The notes under the pieces are model-generated. The model did not search any database. It was not told the origin of the DNA and saw only the letters and a list, made by a program, of their open reading frames with translations. Both the position numbers and the translations under genes were made by a program. A stretch of 64,000 bases of DNA from Candidatus Woesearchaeota archaeon (GTDB taxonomy: Archaea; Nanobdellota; Nanobdellia; Woesearchaeales; ARS49): the NCBI GenBank assembly GCA_038884975.1, contig JAWAAW010000003.1:19502-83501 (forward strand), read 5' to 3'. Below are positions 10,700-21,507 of the stretch, one piece after another. The first letter of the stretch is position 1; each line of letters starts with the position of its first letter.

Positions 10700-10948
10700 A
10701 CTGCCCGTATTTATCTTATTTTGCTTTTAAGTGTTGTGGATTAATGCATCACAAGAGTTTAATAACATTTATAACCTCCCCCAAACGGCTGATACTGCCG
10801 CAGTTTATCACCGCTTTAAGGCAATCCCTTTTGCCTACAATTTTGCAGTGGTTGGCGCTGAGCAAGTTATTGGGATTCATTCACACATTGCCGTATTTTA
10901 GCACGCAGGTGAAAAAACCTTTTTGCATTCCATTTTTTTCATTATTGC

Positions 10949-12586
10949 TCAACGTACCCGATAAACATACAGGGTATCTACTCCGGATGTCCGATACCGC
11001 TCAGGTATTGTTTTAATCAACTCAAATCGCGCAGGATTTGACTTAATATACTCAATGGTATCATAATCCCAGACCTTTTCCCTGTTTTCAGGAACAGGCA
11101 TTGCCCAATAGCGTTCACCAAATACCACATAATGAATATCATACTTTTTGATAAGCGCTTCAAGGTTTTCTGGCGTCCGTGGAAGCGAAAGCACACGTTT
11201 CGGTTGCGTTAGCCACGTAATCTCAGGGGTGTATCCTGCTTGTACCATAATGCCATCGTTAGGAAGGCCTGCCAGAAATCGTGCAGTATTCTGCGCATCA
11301 GCCTCAAATGGCATTGCAAGCACGAATGTCCTATGCGAAGCAATTTGCAATGGCAAAAAAACAATAAGGACTGTTGCAATTAATATCTTAGCAATAATTC
11401 GGAAGTCTAGCCTAATTTTACGTGCCCAGCAGATCATTCCTTCTGTTAGGAAAAAAACCAGCGGAATTATTGCGCCGAGCGAATAACGGTTCGAAAACCC
11501 CTTGTAAATTATGAATATGTTCAATATAATATATGTGACCGCAAAGAAGAATGGAATATTTCCCTGTAAAAACTTCTGGCGCCAAGGTAATGGGAAAAGC
11601 GATTTGCGAGACTGCCACACCCCAAAAAGTATTATCGCAATAAGGGGAATGTATAAAAGAAGCATCAGGAGCACAGGCTTGAGGGCGAGCAAGGCACGTG
11701 CAGTATCATACGTGAGGTCTGTGGGAACCAGCCCTGGTTCCAGATTCAGCAAGTAAGCCAGGTATGCTGCGGCATGGGCAGGGCGAATGCCTATTTCATA
11801 CCCTATCAACACAACTGTGCTTGGAAATGCGGAAGGTGAGAGTATTTGGCGAAGGCCATAATTGTGCACGTATTCGGGAGTTCCATCAACACCTGCAGGA
11901 TACCAATCGTTGGTTTCGTAAATCCAGATACGAATGCCCAGCCAGCTGCAATATATCAGGATGATGAATGCAATACACGCAATTGCCTTGGTAATGCTTG
12001 TTTTTTTTGTGTAAAATACAGCAAGCATAAGCGAGAGGATTGGGATGAACAAGAACAAATGGTCTGTAGTGTATGCAGTAATCGCGCCGATAACCGCTGT
12101 AGTGATGTAGTGCCTGTTCTCTCCGCGCACTGCACGTAGGAAATAGTAAAGCATCATCACAAATAACGCAACGTACACTTGTTCTTTGTAAAGCCGATAC
12201 GACATCATGGTCATTTCGTGCGCGAGCGAAATGAACAACATTGCAATCCAAATCCATTCATCTTTCTTGTTAAGGATCTTGAATAGCTTTATGCAATAAA
12301 CAAAGAACAGGATTGCAAAGAACAGCTCAACAAGTTGAGCGCCGCGCAAGAGGTCGCCAAACACCCAGCCGTTAATCGCAAACAGCGCAGAAAGCACGGG
12401 TGGATTGTAAACATCGAACTGGTTGTTCCACACCAAATACTTGGGGAATGTGAGTGCGCCCTTCAGATATTTTGCCTCATCACCCCCTATAAAGTATGCT
12501 TCATTATCAGTGAATAAGCGGAATGTGATAAAAATAACAAATAATAGCAAATACCATACTTTCGGATTTTTCAGGAATTTTTTCAT
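10949..12586 (-). CDS. GT-C-like (ArnT/PMT-type) membrane glycosyltransferase
   Basis: GGDEAKY first-loop motif, PP motif, many TM segments, C-terminal soluble domain. Confidence 0.7.
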   Translation of the reverse strand: MKKFLKNPKVWYLLLFVIFITFRLFTDNEAYFIGGDEAKYLKGALTFPKYLVWNNQFDVYNPPVLSALFAINGWVFGDLLRGAQLVELFFAILFFVYCIKLFKILNKKDEWIWIAMLFISLAHEMTMMSYRLYKEQVYVALFVMMLYYFLRAVRGENRHYITTAVIGAITAYTTDHLFLFIPILSLMLAVFYTKKTSITKAIACIAFIILIYCSWLGIRIWIYETNDWYPAGVDGTPEYVHNYGLRQILSPSAFPSTVVLIGYEIGIRPAHAAAYLAYLLNLEPGLVPTDLTYDTARALLALKPVLLMLLLYIPLIAIILFGVWQSRKSLFPLPWRQKFLQGNIPFFFAVTYIILNIFIIYKGFSNRYSLGAIIPLVFFLTEGMICWARKIRLDFRIIAKILIATVLIVFLPLQIASHRTFVLAMPFEADAQNTARFLAGLPNDGIMVQAGYTPEITWLTQPKRVLSLPRTPENLEALIKKYDIHYVVFGERYWAMPVPENREKVWDYDTIEYIKSNPARFELIKTIPERYRTSGVDTLYVYRVR

Positions 12587-14388
12587 TTGTTTACTCTGTA
12601 CACTATAATTGGTAGCCCCTTATGAGGCTCATCTTTTTTTGTCAATACAGCAACCCTGGTTAAATGCGCTGACATGTTTGCGTCTCCGCCGAACCTCTTG
12701 AAATAATAGTCCTCAACATAATCCCAGTCAATAATATATGAGATGTTCTGCTCATTAATGTAAGAATAAAGGCGTTTGTCTTTAAGGGCATAATATGCAT
12801 TGTCATTAATCACCCCGTCAAGGTTCACAATCTTTCTGCCGCTGAAATACCCGTACACGCCCGCATTGAATGCGCCGATTATTGTGTCAGGAGATGTATT
12901 ATTGCGAATCCATCTGATTCCGTCTTCATACATTGTGTACTGCAAGGGAGTCCATTCACTGCTAAGCTGGCCTGTTCTTGCAGCCTGCACGCTGCTGAAT
13001 ACAAGGCTTACAGCAATCAAAAGCCCGACAGCACTGTACACCACGCGCAGCAGGTTTTTGGCAGAGCTTGCATAATATGCTCTTACAAGAACTAATGCAG
13101 AACCAAGAATTATGAACATCACAATCGGCATTAAATACCGCATAACAGCCCCTGTTGAGATGTAATAGCCGAAAAGCATTATGCAGAACAGTATAATAAA
13201 AGCAAAATCGCGGATTTTTGTGCAGGTCTTTTTGGCAAGCAGGATTAGCGCAATACCAAGAATTGCGGCAATAGCCACGCCGTACACAAACCCCTGCAGA
13301 TAAGAAAGTCCGATGAATTTGGTACCTTCCTTGATAAGGGCAAGGGTTGTGAACGCTCTCTTAATAATAAGGTCCATAAACCCTGTATAATAGCCTGCGT
13401 TTGATGCCAGTGCTTTTGAGGCACCGCTCAATGGCATCAGCGCTTTGGAATTAATCAGGCTAAATATTGACCATGCGGCCGCAAATATTGCAAGCACAAT
13501 TCCACAAGGCACAAGCTGCCTAAAAGCACTGCCAAATTTTTTCTTGTTCAGGAATAAATAGTCAGCTGCGACTGCAACTGCGAAAAATATTGAATCCAGG
13601 CGCGCCAATAACGTTAAGCCCAACAGCAAACCCAGCAATGCGCTTTGCTTTTGCTTAAGCGATTCCCTGTGGCTAAAATAATACCACACGCTTAAGCTTA
13701 GCAACAACAGGTACAGCCCTGTCTCAAAGCCCGAAGCCGCAGCCCATAACAGGAATGGGTTGAAACCCCAGAACAATGCAAGCACAGCCCCTGTGAGCTC
13801 ATAGCCGTAGCCGGCACAAATCCGATAAAGGACATAAGCGGTCAGCACGTGAGCAAGCATGAGTATGAGTGTTGCAATTGTAATAAGAACGATCTGATTG
13901 GGGATTAGAATAGTCAGCAATGTGAGTACCAGAAACCACAATGGCTGAAAGCCATTTGTCGGATTTATTCCGTCAAAAGTAACTTTGCCGTATTTTGGAA
14001 CATTTTCAGCAATTTTTAGGAAATAGAAAAAATCATCAACATACAGGCTTCCAACATTGACTTCAATCGGGCGGAATGCCCAGTATGAACCTGCAATAAA
14101 AGCCAATAATAGCATAACCAAGACAAATTCTTGCAGGTGCAGCGGCTTGTTTATTTGCGCTTTTGATTTTTTAAATGTGAGTGTGATAAATGTAGCTGCA
14201 AATAACAAGATGCCTGCAATGACTGACACGATTTTTATGCGTGCCAGATCCTGCACCCATTCGGGCCTGATTACGGTCGCGGGATTGATTAAGGACTTGA
14301 TAAGCGCAAGCATCCATTCGGTGCTGGCAAAAACCCCAAAAATTACAAGAGTTATTCCAAGACCTCGGAGTACGTATTTAGAAATCAT
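12583..14388 (-). CDS. GT-C-like membrane glycosyltransferase
   Basis: DDFFYFLKIAEN...TFDGINPTNGFQPLW, GFETG, LARLD, and NAGVYGYFS..NLDGVIN motifs. Confidence 0.75.
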   Translation of the reverse strand: MISKYVLRGLGITLVIFGVFASTEWMLALIKSLINPATVIRPEWVQDLARIKIVSVIAGILLFAATFITLTFKKSKAQINKPLHLQEFVLVMLLLAFIAGSYWAFRPIEVNVGSLYVDDFFYFLKIAENVPKYGKVTFDGINPTNGFQPLWFLVLTLLTILIPNQIVLITIATLILMLAHVLTAYVLYRICAGYGYELTGAVLALFWGFNPFLLWAAASGFETGLYLLLLSLSVWYYFSHRESLKQKQSALLGLLLGLTLLARLDSIFFAVAVAADYLFLNKKKFGSAFRQLVPCGIVLAIFAAAWSIFSLINSKALMPLSGASKALASNAGYYTGFMDLIIKRAFTTLALIKEGTKFIGLSYLQGFVYGVAIAAILGIALILLAKKTCTKIRDFAFIILFCIMLFGYYISTGAVMRYLMPIVMFIILGSALVLVRAYYASSAKNLLRVVYSAVGLLIAVSLVFSSVQAARTGQLSSEWTPLQYTMYEDGIRWIRNNTSPDTIIGAFNAGVYGYFSGRKIVNLDGVINDNAYYALKDKRLYSYINEQNISYIIDWDYVEDYYFKRFGGDANMSAHLTRVAVLTKKDEPHKGLPIIVYRVNK

Positions 14389-15127
14389 ACTTCCCAGTCA
14401 AGTTCCTCCAGATGATCTTAAGGACGTCAATGCCGTACTTTATTGGCTTCAAGTGCGATTTTTCTTCTGCATATCGTGTTGGAATCGGGACCTCCCTGAT
14501 GCGCAACTTTTTCTTGCCTGACATCATTATCATCTCACCGTCGAAATGGAAAGTGTTGCTCAGGCGTGTGAAAGGGATTGTTGCAAGTGCTCTCTTTGAA
14601 TACACCATATAGCCTGTATGATACTCTGTAATGTTCATTCCGTAAGCAATGTTTTCAATAAAAGTTAAAGCGCGGTTTCCTATGTATTTGTACAAAGGCA
14701 TCCCTCCTTTGAGAGCCTCTCCGCCAAGCATTCGTGAGCCAAGAACAACATCTGCCTCGCCATTCTCAATCGGCGCAATCATCTTTTGCAATATTTCAGG
14801 GGCATACTGCCCATCAGAATGGAGCAACACAGCAATGTCTGCGCCCAGTCGGACTGCTTCTGTAAAGCCTGTTTTTTGCGCAGCGCCATACCCGCGATTC
14901 AGGTCGTGTGTGAGCACAGTAATCTTGCGGTATTTTTTCTTGATTCTCCTAAGGACTTCCGGCAGGTTGTCTTTGCTGCCGTCATTCACAACAACAACAC
15001 GATACACCTTACGCCAAAAATCCTTTGGAATGCGATCAAAAACGCTTTCAATGGTTTTTGCCGCATTGTAAGCCGGCATCACTATTACTATTCTCATGAT
15101 AAACCACTTGTTCGGGCTATTAAGCAC
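14378..15127 (-). CDS. GT2 polyprenol-phosphate glycosyltransferase (DPM1-like)
   Basis: MPAYNA, DGSKD, NRGYGAAQKTGF, HSDGQY and GSR motifs; true start probably MRIVIV. Confidence 0.85.
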   Translation of the reverse strand: MLNSPNKWFIMRIVIVMPAYNAAKTIESVFDRIPKDFWRKVYRVVVVNDGSKDNLPEVLRRIKKKYRKITVLTHDLNRGYGAAQKTGFTEAVRLGADIAVLLHSDGQYAPEILQKMIAPIENGEADVVLGSRMLGGEALKGGMPLYKYIGNRALTFIENIAYGMNITEYHTGYMVYSKRALATIPFTRLSNTFHFDGEMIMMSGKKKLRIREVPIPTRYAEEKSHLKPIKYGIDVLKIIWRNLTGKYDF

Positions 15128-15153
15128 CCTTTTTAAATCTTCTGCGCGAAATT

Positions 15154-17025
15154 CTAATTATTTCCTGCGACAAATTTCTGGTGCCAGAGCTGGAATGTCA
15201 ATAGCGTCCAGAGCTGGCGCGCATAAAACAATGGTGCATTAGAGTATTTTTTGCGGATTTGCTGTACAGCAACGTTTTGAAATATTCCTGATTCGTGCAA
15301 TGCAGTAGGAGAAAGGAGTTCATCAATCATTGGGCGCAGGTCAGTGGCAAGCCAGCGGTCTATAGGAACATAAAACCTTTGTTTTTTCCTCGCTACAATT
15401 TCCTTCGGAAGCAAGGAATGCATGGCCCTCCTAAGTATGTATTTTTCCTTGAAGCCCTTCAGTTTAAGAGAGGGCGGGATTGTTTCTGAGAATTCAACAA
15501 GCCTGTGGTCAAGAAATGGAACCCTGCCCTCAACACCCCATGCCATTGTCATCCTGTCTGCCTTATGAAGCATGTTTTCAGGCAGTTGCAGTTCAAACTC
15601 CAGCTTCATTGTGTTATGCACAACAGGCAAGTCATTCTGATAGTATCCCTTAAGCTCATCCCTGATGCTGTGTGCAACTGGCGCGAGCCGCTTACGTTCT
15701 GAATCATTATATATTGATACAATCTCAAGATACTGGTCAACAGGGTTTTTCTTTGAGAGAAATCCAATAGCTCTACGCCTTCCTTCTGTGCCAAGCTTGC
15801 TTGCGTACTTGAAAACTTTGTTAAGAACAAGGCCTGGCAATGCCTTGATTGCAGGCGATGCAAGCGACCTGACGATAAGTGGCAACTGCCCCATTTTCAT
15901 GAACTTGTTTTGTTCATAGCCCGCAAATACCTCATCTCCACCCTCGCCGGTAAGAATAACAGTTGCCTTTGGCTTTGTTTTTTGCGAAAGCAAGTAGACC
16001 GGCAAAAGGGTGGGGTCTGCCAATGGCTCATCACAGTGCCACACAATCTTTGGCAGGTTTTTAGCAAGGTCGGGACCAACCATGAATTCATTGTGGCTGG
16101 TGCCGAATGATTCGCTAATTGTTTTTGCAAAGCGCAATTCATCAGTCTCCTCACCATAGCCAAAACCGACAGAGAATGTCTTTATGTCGCGTATTCCTGC
16201 ATTATGCATCAGCGCGACCACTGAAGCAGAATCAATTCCGCCGCTGAGATAGACTCCAAGAGGGACATCTGACATTAGCCTTTTGACAACAGCATCCTGC
16301 AATAATTCCCTTATTTTTGCAGCAAAATACTGCTCACTCTCGTGCATCACTTTCTGGTTTGAGTATGATACCTGCCAATAACGCTTTCTCTCCAATTTTT
16401 TTGATTTGATGTCATAAACAAGCCATTCGCCAGGCAGCACCCTATAAACATCTTCAAGCATGGTTTCCCTGCCATAATTGTAGCGCAGGGTGAGGTATCT
16501 GCTGAGAGCTTTCGTGTTCGTTTTGCGCTCGAATGGATAAGCAAGAAATGATTTGTATTCTGAAGCAAACATAAATTTGTCGTCTTTAAGATAATAATAC
16601 AACGGCTTTATTCCAAGCCTATCGCGTGCAAGAAACAATTTCTTTGATTTTGAGTCGTAAATGCAGAATGCAAAGTCGCCATTAAACTGGTGCACGCAGT
16701 CCTTTCCGTACTCGTCGTATGCATGCACAATCACCTCAGTATCTGTCCTTGATTCAAACCTGTGACCAAGTTGTTCAAGCCGTTTCCTTATTTCCTTGTA
16801 ATTGTATATTTCGCCGTTAAAGACAATCCAACTGGCGCCCTTACCGTTTGACATCGGCTGCCTACCTTTTTCTGAAAGATCAATGATGCTCAGGCGCTGA
16901 TGGCCGAGCGTGACGTTTTCATCACAGAAATAGCCGTTTTGGTCAGGACCGCGATGGGCAAGCAACGCCATCATTTTTTTAACAAGCGCCTTGTCAGCAA
17001 AGTTAAACCCAGCAATGCCGCACAT
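15154..17025 (-). CDS. asnB: Asparagine synthase (glutamine-hydrolysing), glycan amidotransferase type
   Basis: MCGIAG Ntn nucleophile, HRGPD, RLSIID, FNGEIYN, LSGGIDS, GEGGDE and RVPFLD motifs. Confidence 0.92.
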   Translation of the reverse strand: MCGIAGFNFADKALVKKMMALLAHRGPDQNGYFCDENVTLGHQRLSIIDLSEKGRQPMSNGKGASWIVFNGEIYNYKEIRKRLEQLGHRFESRTDTEVIVHAYDEYGKDCVHQFNGDFAFCIYDSKSKKLFLARDRLGIKPLYYYLKDDKFMFASEYKSFLAYPFERKTNTKALSRYLTLRYNYGRETMLEDVYRVLPGEWLVYDIKSKKLERKRYWQVSYSNQKVMHESEQYFAAKIRELLQDAVVKRLMSDVPLGVYLSGGIDSASVVALMHNAGIRDIKTFSVGFGYGEETDELRFAKTISESFGTSHNEFMVGPDLAKNLPKIVWHCDEPLADPTLLPVYLLSQKTKPKATVILTGEGGDEVFAGYEQNKFMKMGQLPLIVRSLASPAIKALPGLVLNKVFKYASKLGTEGRRRAIGFLSKKNPVDQYLEIVSIYNDSERKRLAPVAHSIRDELKGYYQNDLPVVHNTMKLEFELQLPENMLHKADRMTMAWGVEGRVPFLDHRLVEFSETIPPSLKLKGFKEKYILRRAMHSLLPKEIVARKKQRFYVPIDRWLATDLRPMIDELLSPTALHESGIFQNVAVQQIRKKYSNAPLFYARQLWTLLTFQLWHQKFVAGNN

Positions 17026-17963
17026 CAGAACACCGCCTCAATCTCGTAATTAGGCTTGTCGCGGTAATACATTCGTATCATTATTTCCGCCAGGAAGCCG
17101 AAGAAGAACGTAAGGAAGCCGGTAATGACAAGCATTACTGAAAGCATAAGCAAGGGCCCCACGTATAATGCCCTGATAAGAAATGCCTTGATTACTTGTT
17201 CAATGAAGATTGCAAATGCAGCAACAAACTGTATTGTTGCCGCAGTGCCAAAGAAATGAATTGGTCTCGTTGAGAAGTCATTCCAGAACTTTATGAACAA
17301 AAGGTCAAAAAAGCCCTTGAAAATACGCTTGAAATTGTATTTCGTCTTTCCAAACTTTCTTGGCCGGTGGTTTACAGAAAGCTCGCCGATTTTGAAGCCC
17401 CTGTATTTGAGGACTGTTGTAATGTATCTGTGCATTTCGCCATAGAGTGTGAGGTTGTCAAAGCATTCGCGCTTGTAAACCTTCAAAGTGCAACCAGCAT
17501 CATGAATGCTTTCGCCAGTCAGCCAGCGCCTGAGCCTGTTTGCAAGCTTCGAGAATACTTTTTTTGAAAACGCGTCTTTACGCTTTGCGCGCCAGCCAGA
17601 AACAACATCATACCCTTCCTTCATCTTTTCAAGCAGGCGCGGAATATCCTTTGGGTCATTCTGCAAGTCCGCATCAAGAGTAATCAAGATTTTACCTTTT
17701 GACTGCTTTATTCCTGCGTCAAGGGCAGCGGTCTGGCCAAAATTCCTCCTGAATTTCACTATGCGCACGCGCTTGTCGCGCTGCGCAAGGCTGCGAAGCA
17801 CAGAAAAAGTATGGTCTGTGCTGCCGTCATCAACAAAGATAATCTCGTACGGATTGCCAAGAGAATGCATTACAGGAGTGAGCTCTGCATACAAAGGGTT
17901 GATGTTTCCCTCCTCGTTGTACACCGGCAGGACTACAGAATATTCGATGCCACCCATAAACAA
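17025..17963 (-). CDS. GT2 polyprenol-phosphate glycosyltransferase (ArnC/GtrB-like, two C-terminal TMs)
   Basis: PVYNEE, DDGSTD, RNFGQTAA, DADLQNDP and GEMHRY motifs. Confidence 0.9.
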   Translation of the reverse strand: MFMGGIEYSVVLPVYNEEGNINPLYAELTPVMHSLGNPYEIIFVDDGSTDHTFSVLRSLAQRDKRVRIVKFRRNFGQTAALDAGIKQSKGKILITLDADLQNDPKDIPRLLEKMKEGYDVVSGWRAKRKDAFSKKVFSKLANRLRRWLTGESIHDAGCTLKVYKRECFDNLTLYGEMHRYITTVLKYRGFKIGELSVNHRPRKFGKTKYNFKRIFKGFFDLLFIKFWNDFSTRPIHFFGTAATIQFVAAFAIFIEQVIKAFLIRALYVGPLLMLSVMLVITGFLTFFFGFLAEIMIRMYYRDKPNYEIEAVF

Positions 17964-18006
17964 AAACCACCCGTGAATAGTTTATAAAGATTGTGTATAC
18001 TTGCAG

Positions 18007-18840
18007 TCAGTTAAACGGTTTTTGTGCGAATATTATGATATCGTCATTAAGTGGGAGGCGGATGCAGCAAGACCGTATTGGCAGTAGCTTCATTGCCCCC
18101 AAAAAAAGCCGCGACAGGAAGCACTGTTTAATGCTGATGCTGTATTTCAGCGCTTTCAGATCCCTGTAGCGGTTCAATGGCAGACACATAAGCACTTTCA
18201 GGCCTGCACGCTCCACTAACATCCGCAATGTTCTTTTTGTAAAATAATAGAGGTGGTCTGTGGGTTTGATTTGGAATTTTCGCGCCCATCTGCTCCCAAA
18301 ATTAGGGGTGGTGATTAGAATGACTCCATTCGGTTTTAAAAAAGATGCGCAGAGTTTTAAGGATGCAAGGGGGTTTTCCATATGCTCTATCACATCACTC
18401 ATATGGATTGCGTCAAAGAATCCTTTCGGATAACTTTTTCGGTTCAAAAATCCACGCTTTACATTAAGCCCTGCTTTTTTGCATACGGCTATTGAGTGCG
18501 CATTCAAGTCAATGCCATAACAATCCCAGCCTGCCTTTCGCGCGAGCTTCAGGAAAGTGCCTACAGCACATCCGACGTCAAGAATTCTGTGTCCTATTGA
18601 ATATTTCTTAATAAGGCAAAGCCTTCGCCTGAATTCAAGTTCATCGCAGTGTTCTGTTCGCTCGTAATATCTTGTATGAACTTTGTTTTGGAGATAAACA
18701 TTTTCAACATCACTTATTCTTGGATTTACAAATACAAGCCCGCAATTACTGCAACGGACAAGAGTGTGCCCTTCCTTCTTCAGAACAGGCAGATTTTTTC
18801 CGCTATTACACAAAATGCAATTAATTGTTTTTTGTTTCAT
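18007..18840 (-). CDS. Class I SAM methyltransferase with N-terminal Zn ribbon
   Basis: CILC...CSNCGLVF, ILDVGCAVG, DVIEH and TTPN motifs. Confidence 0.88.
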   Translation of the reverse strand: MKQKTINCILCNSGKNLPVLKKEGHTLVRCSNCGLVFVNPRISDVENVYLQNKVHTRYYERTEHCDELEFRRRLCLIKKYSIGHRILDVGCAVGTFLKLARKAGWDCYGIDLNAHSIAVCKKAGLNVKRGFLNRKSYPKGFFDAIHMSDVIEHMENPLASLKLCASFLKPNGVILITTPNFGSRWARKFQIKPTDHLYYFTKRTLRMLVERAGLKVLMCLPLNRYRDLKALKYSISIKQCFLSRLFLGAMKLLPIRSCCIRLPLNDDIIIFAQKPFN

Positions 18841-20497
18841 TTCGGATGTTGAACACTAGTATGCTGTAGCCTATGCGGTCTGTTGGAGTCATATTTCTTA
18901 ACCACGCATAACAGTCTTTTGGCTGGCCTGTGAAGAGCAACCCGTAAAGGTTGTTGATTGATAGAACGTGAATGCCGGGGGAAGGTTCGCACGGAATCGT
19001 GTGGTACTTGATACCCCTAATTTCAGGGACGTCATTCCCAAAATAACTTAGCCCTATCTCAGATATGTTATTCTTATCCATCCATTTTTTGACCGCATTT
19101 AGGTCTTGCCCCCAATCAACATTCGAGTCAAGAAAGTACTTGTAGCCGTTCTGCGAGCCGCCGATAATCTCATTGAAGTACGAAAGGTAATAAGGGTGTA
19201 CCAAAACTGATGAGATAAGATACCAAGCCAAAAGCACACTAAATACTCTTTTGAGCATTTTGTGTTCAGATGCGTACTTCCACACAATTGCAATAAAAAC
19301 AAAAATTAATGGATAAATCGGTAGCAAATGGCGGATTCCAAGCTTGTACTGCTTTATGCTGAACAAAAGTGTAACTCCACCTACTGTGAGCAGTATTAGT
19401 ATGAGGTCTATTGTTCTTTCATACTTGATTTTTGGTAAAAGGATAAGACCAATAACAAGCATTAACAACAGCGCAAAAGGTGTTTTGACAATAAAACTAA
19501 ATATGAAAAAGTACCAGTCTTCACTTGTCAGCCACCTTCCATGAAAGTAGTGCGTGTCTTTAGAAAAAATCTGGTTAGTTTCTAGACCTTTCAAGTACCA
19601 GAAGGGAAGTGGTACTGGAATCCACCCGATTGCTTGATTATTCAACGTTATGAAACGCTGTTCAAAATTATATTCCCTTAAAGGAGTAAACGTGCCCTGA
19701 AAAAGATATCCTGCATTAAGAACAAATGCAGATATTGCTCCAATAAAAATGAAAAATACAATAATAGCAAAAATCTTCCATTTAAGAGTAAATTCACTTG
19801 CTCTCCTAAGTAATTTTAGTACAGGTACGGGTTGCTTAGTGAAGATAAGGGAAAGAGCTGCAATGCCAAGAATTGGCACTAGTAAAATACCTGTATGCTT
19901 GCTGAGAAGTGCGATGCCTAGGCACATTCCTGTGATAACCGCATCGCGTGTTTCTCCTGACTGGACAAAATGCTTGAAATAATAAAGCGTCATAATAAAA
20001 AAGGTAGAAATCATGATGTCGTTGTCAGCAATGGAGCTAAGGCCAACCATTAACGGCAAAAATGCATATAGAACAACAGCGACTAATGCTGATTTTTCAT
20101 TGGCCACCTCTTTTGCCCATTTGTAAACATAAACTGCGCCGATAATTCCAAGAAGAAGTGCTACAAAGCGTCCAAAACAAATCATTTGCTGGAACATGTG
20201 CCTATTGTATTGGAAAATAAGCAGCCTTCCGTAGAGGAATTCGTCAATATTAGGAAAATTCTGAGGAATCGGGACATCAGGACCCAGCAGCATTGTTGCC
20301 CAAGCAACCAAAAGTTTCATTCCTGGCGGGTGTGAGGGAGAATGCGCAAAATCTGTTGTTTTCCATAGCGCAAGCCCGGTGTAAATCACGGGTTCGTCAG
20401 AAGTTATGCTGTAAAATGAGTTCAAATAAAGCCCGCGGAAGAAAAAGATTGTCAATATTACGAATAATAACAGTGTTACCTTCTTGATTTTTACCAT
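18821..20497 (-). CDS. GT-C glycosyltransferase (ArnT/PMT-type)
   Basis: TSDEP, HPP, IRHLLPIYP, LSYFNE..GG and DSNVDWGQDL motifs. Confidence 0.85.
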   Translation of the reverse strand: MVKIKKVTLLLFVILTIFFFRGLYLNSFYSITSDEPVIYTGLALWKTTDFAHSPSHPPGMKLLVAWATMLLGPDVPIPQNFPNIDEFLYGRLLIFQYNRHMFQQMICFGRFVALLLGIIGAVYVYKWAKEVANEKSALVAVVLYAFLPLMVGLSSIADNDIMISTFFIMTLYYFKHFVQSGETRDAVITGMCLGIALLSKHTGILLVPILGIAALSLIFTKQPVPVLKLLRRASEFTLKWKIFAIIVFFIFIGAISAFVLNAGYLFQGTFTPLREYNFEQRFITLNNQAIGWIPVPLPFWYLKGLETNQIFSKDTHYFHGRWLTSEDWYFFIFSFIVKTPFALLLMLVIGLILLPKIKYERTIDLILILLTVGGVTLLFSIKQYKLGIRHLLPIYPLIFVFIAIVWKYASEHKMLKRVFSVLLAWYLISSVLVHPYYLSYFNEIIGGSQNGYKYFLDSNVDWGQDLNAVKKWMDKNNISEIGLSYFGNDVPEIRGIKYHTIPCEPSPGIHVLSINNLYGLLFTGQPKDCYAWLRNMTPTDRIGYSILVFNIRNETKNN

Positions 20498-21507
20498 AAA
20501 GATTTCTTGGACATGCTTGCAAGCAAAAACCAGCCAAAGCGCTTCTCGTACCAGCGCAAAAGCCGCGACTGATATACTCGTTTCCCCATCACGTACAACT
20601 CAGGAAGCTCCCGCCTATCAACTTTTTGAAGCACAAGCCCTGCTTTTTCAGCCATGTCGCGGAGTTCTCTTGCATTGAAGCTTTTTGTGATTGGATTGAC
20701 CATATTGTCACGAAATACGGTTACCGTGTTTGACTGAGTCTTTGTTTCGCCGCTCCAGAGAGGAGTCAGAGCAAAAATCAGCCTACTGAAAATTCTAGAT
20801 CTTCTGCAGAGATATCGCAGGATTTTTTTTGTGTAATTCCACACACTTGTCTTGTGGTAAACCATAATATGTATTTTGCCTGTAGTCTTTAATGCCCTTG
20901 CAAAATGGTCAAGGCATGCCTGCGGGTTTGGTGTGTGGTGAATGACACCCATGCTTGTAATCATATCGAATGTATTATCCTTGAATGGCAAGTATTCAAG
21001 GTTTCCAATAACGAGATTAGGGACTCTGCCATGCTCTATGAACAATTTTCGGATGTGGTAAAGCGAATTAGGAGTCTGATCAATTCCAATAACATTTGCG
21101 CCCAATAATTCTAACTCGGTATAAAGATGACCACCTCCGCAGCCTGCTTCAAGGGCGTATTTGCCGCGGACATCACTCTCAGCGACATACCATGGTGTTG
21201 TGTTAAGCGTGTGTATGCTGATTTTTTCTGGGTGTTCCATTGCGTCGCGTGCGCCGACAATACCATAAGGGGTCTCGTTAAAAAGCTTTCTGACACCTTC
21301 TTGGAGCGTTTTTCTAGGAGCGTAATAAAGGTCAGGAATCCCGTCTTCCATAGAATATTTTGTGTTGCAGGCGGTACAAGTGAGTTTTGCACGCACTACT
21401 TCCTGCCTGTTCTGCTCAATAATTTCAGTATTTAAGCCACCCCTACACTTTGGGCATGCCAGCAATGAAAGGAAGTCTTTTATCATTTTCGTGAGGGAAT
21501 CAAGCAC
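20491..21507 (-). CDS. Methyltransferase with N-terminal Trm112-like Zn domain
   Basis: LLACPKCRG...CTAC..Y...DGIP, then LEAGCGGG, LPFKDNTFD and GVIHHTP. Confidence 0.85.
   Translation of the reverse strand: MLDSLTKMIKDFLSLLACPKCRGGLNTEIIEQNRQEVVRAKLTCTACNTKYSMEDGIPDLYYAPRKTLQEGVRKLFNETPYGIVGARDAMEHPEKISIHTLNTTPWYVAESDVRGKYALEAGCGGGHLYTELELLGANVIGIDQTPNSLYHIRKLFIEHGRVPNLVIGNLEYLPFKDNTFDMITSMGVIHHTPNPQACLDHFARALKTTGKIHIMVYHKTSVWNYTKKILRYLCRRSRIFSRLIFALTPLWSGETKTQSNTVTVFRDNMVNPITKSFNARELRDMAEKAGLVLQKVDRRELPELYVMGKRVYQSRLLRWYEKRFGWFLLASMSKKSLW

Noticed and set aside
10700..10948. Gene or ncRNA in the ~250-nt gap (90-aa + strand ORF, short hairpins)
   Set aside because: The ORF overlaps the convergent gene and has no recognisable features, and the hairpins are short. 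Probably a decayed remnant plus a promoter.
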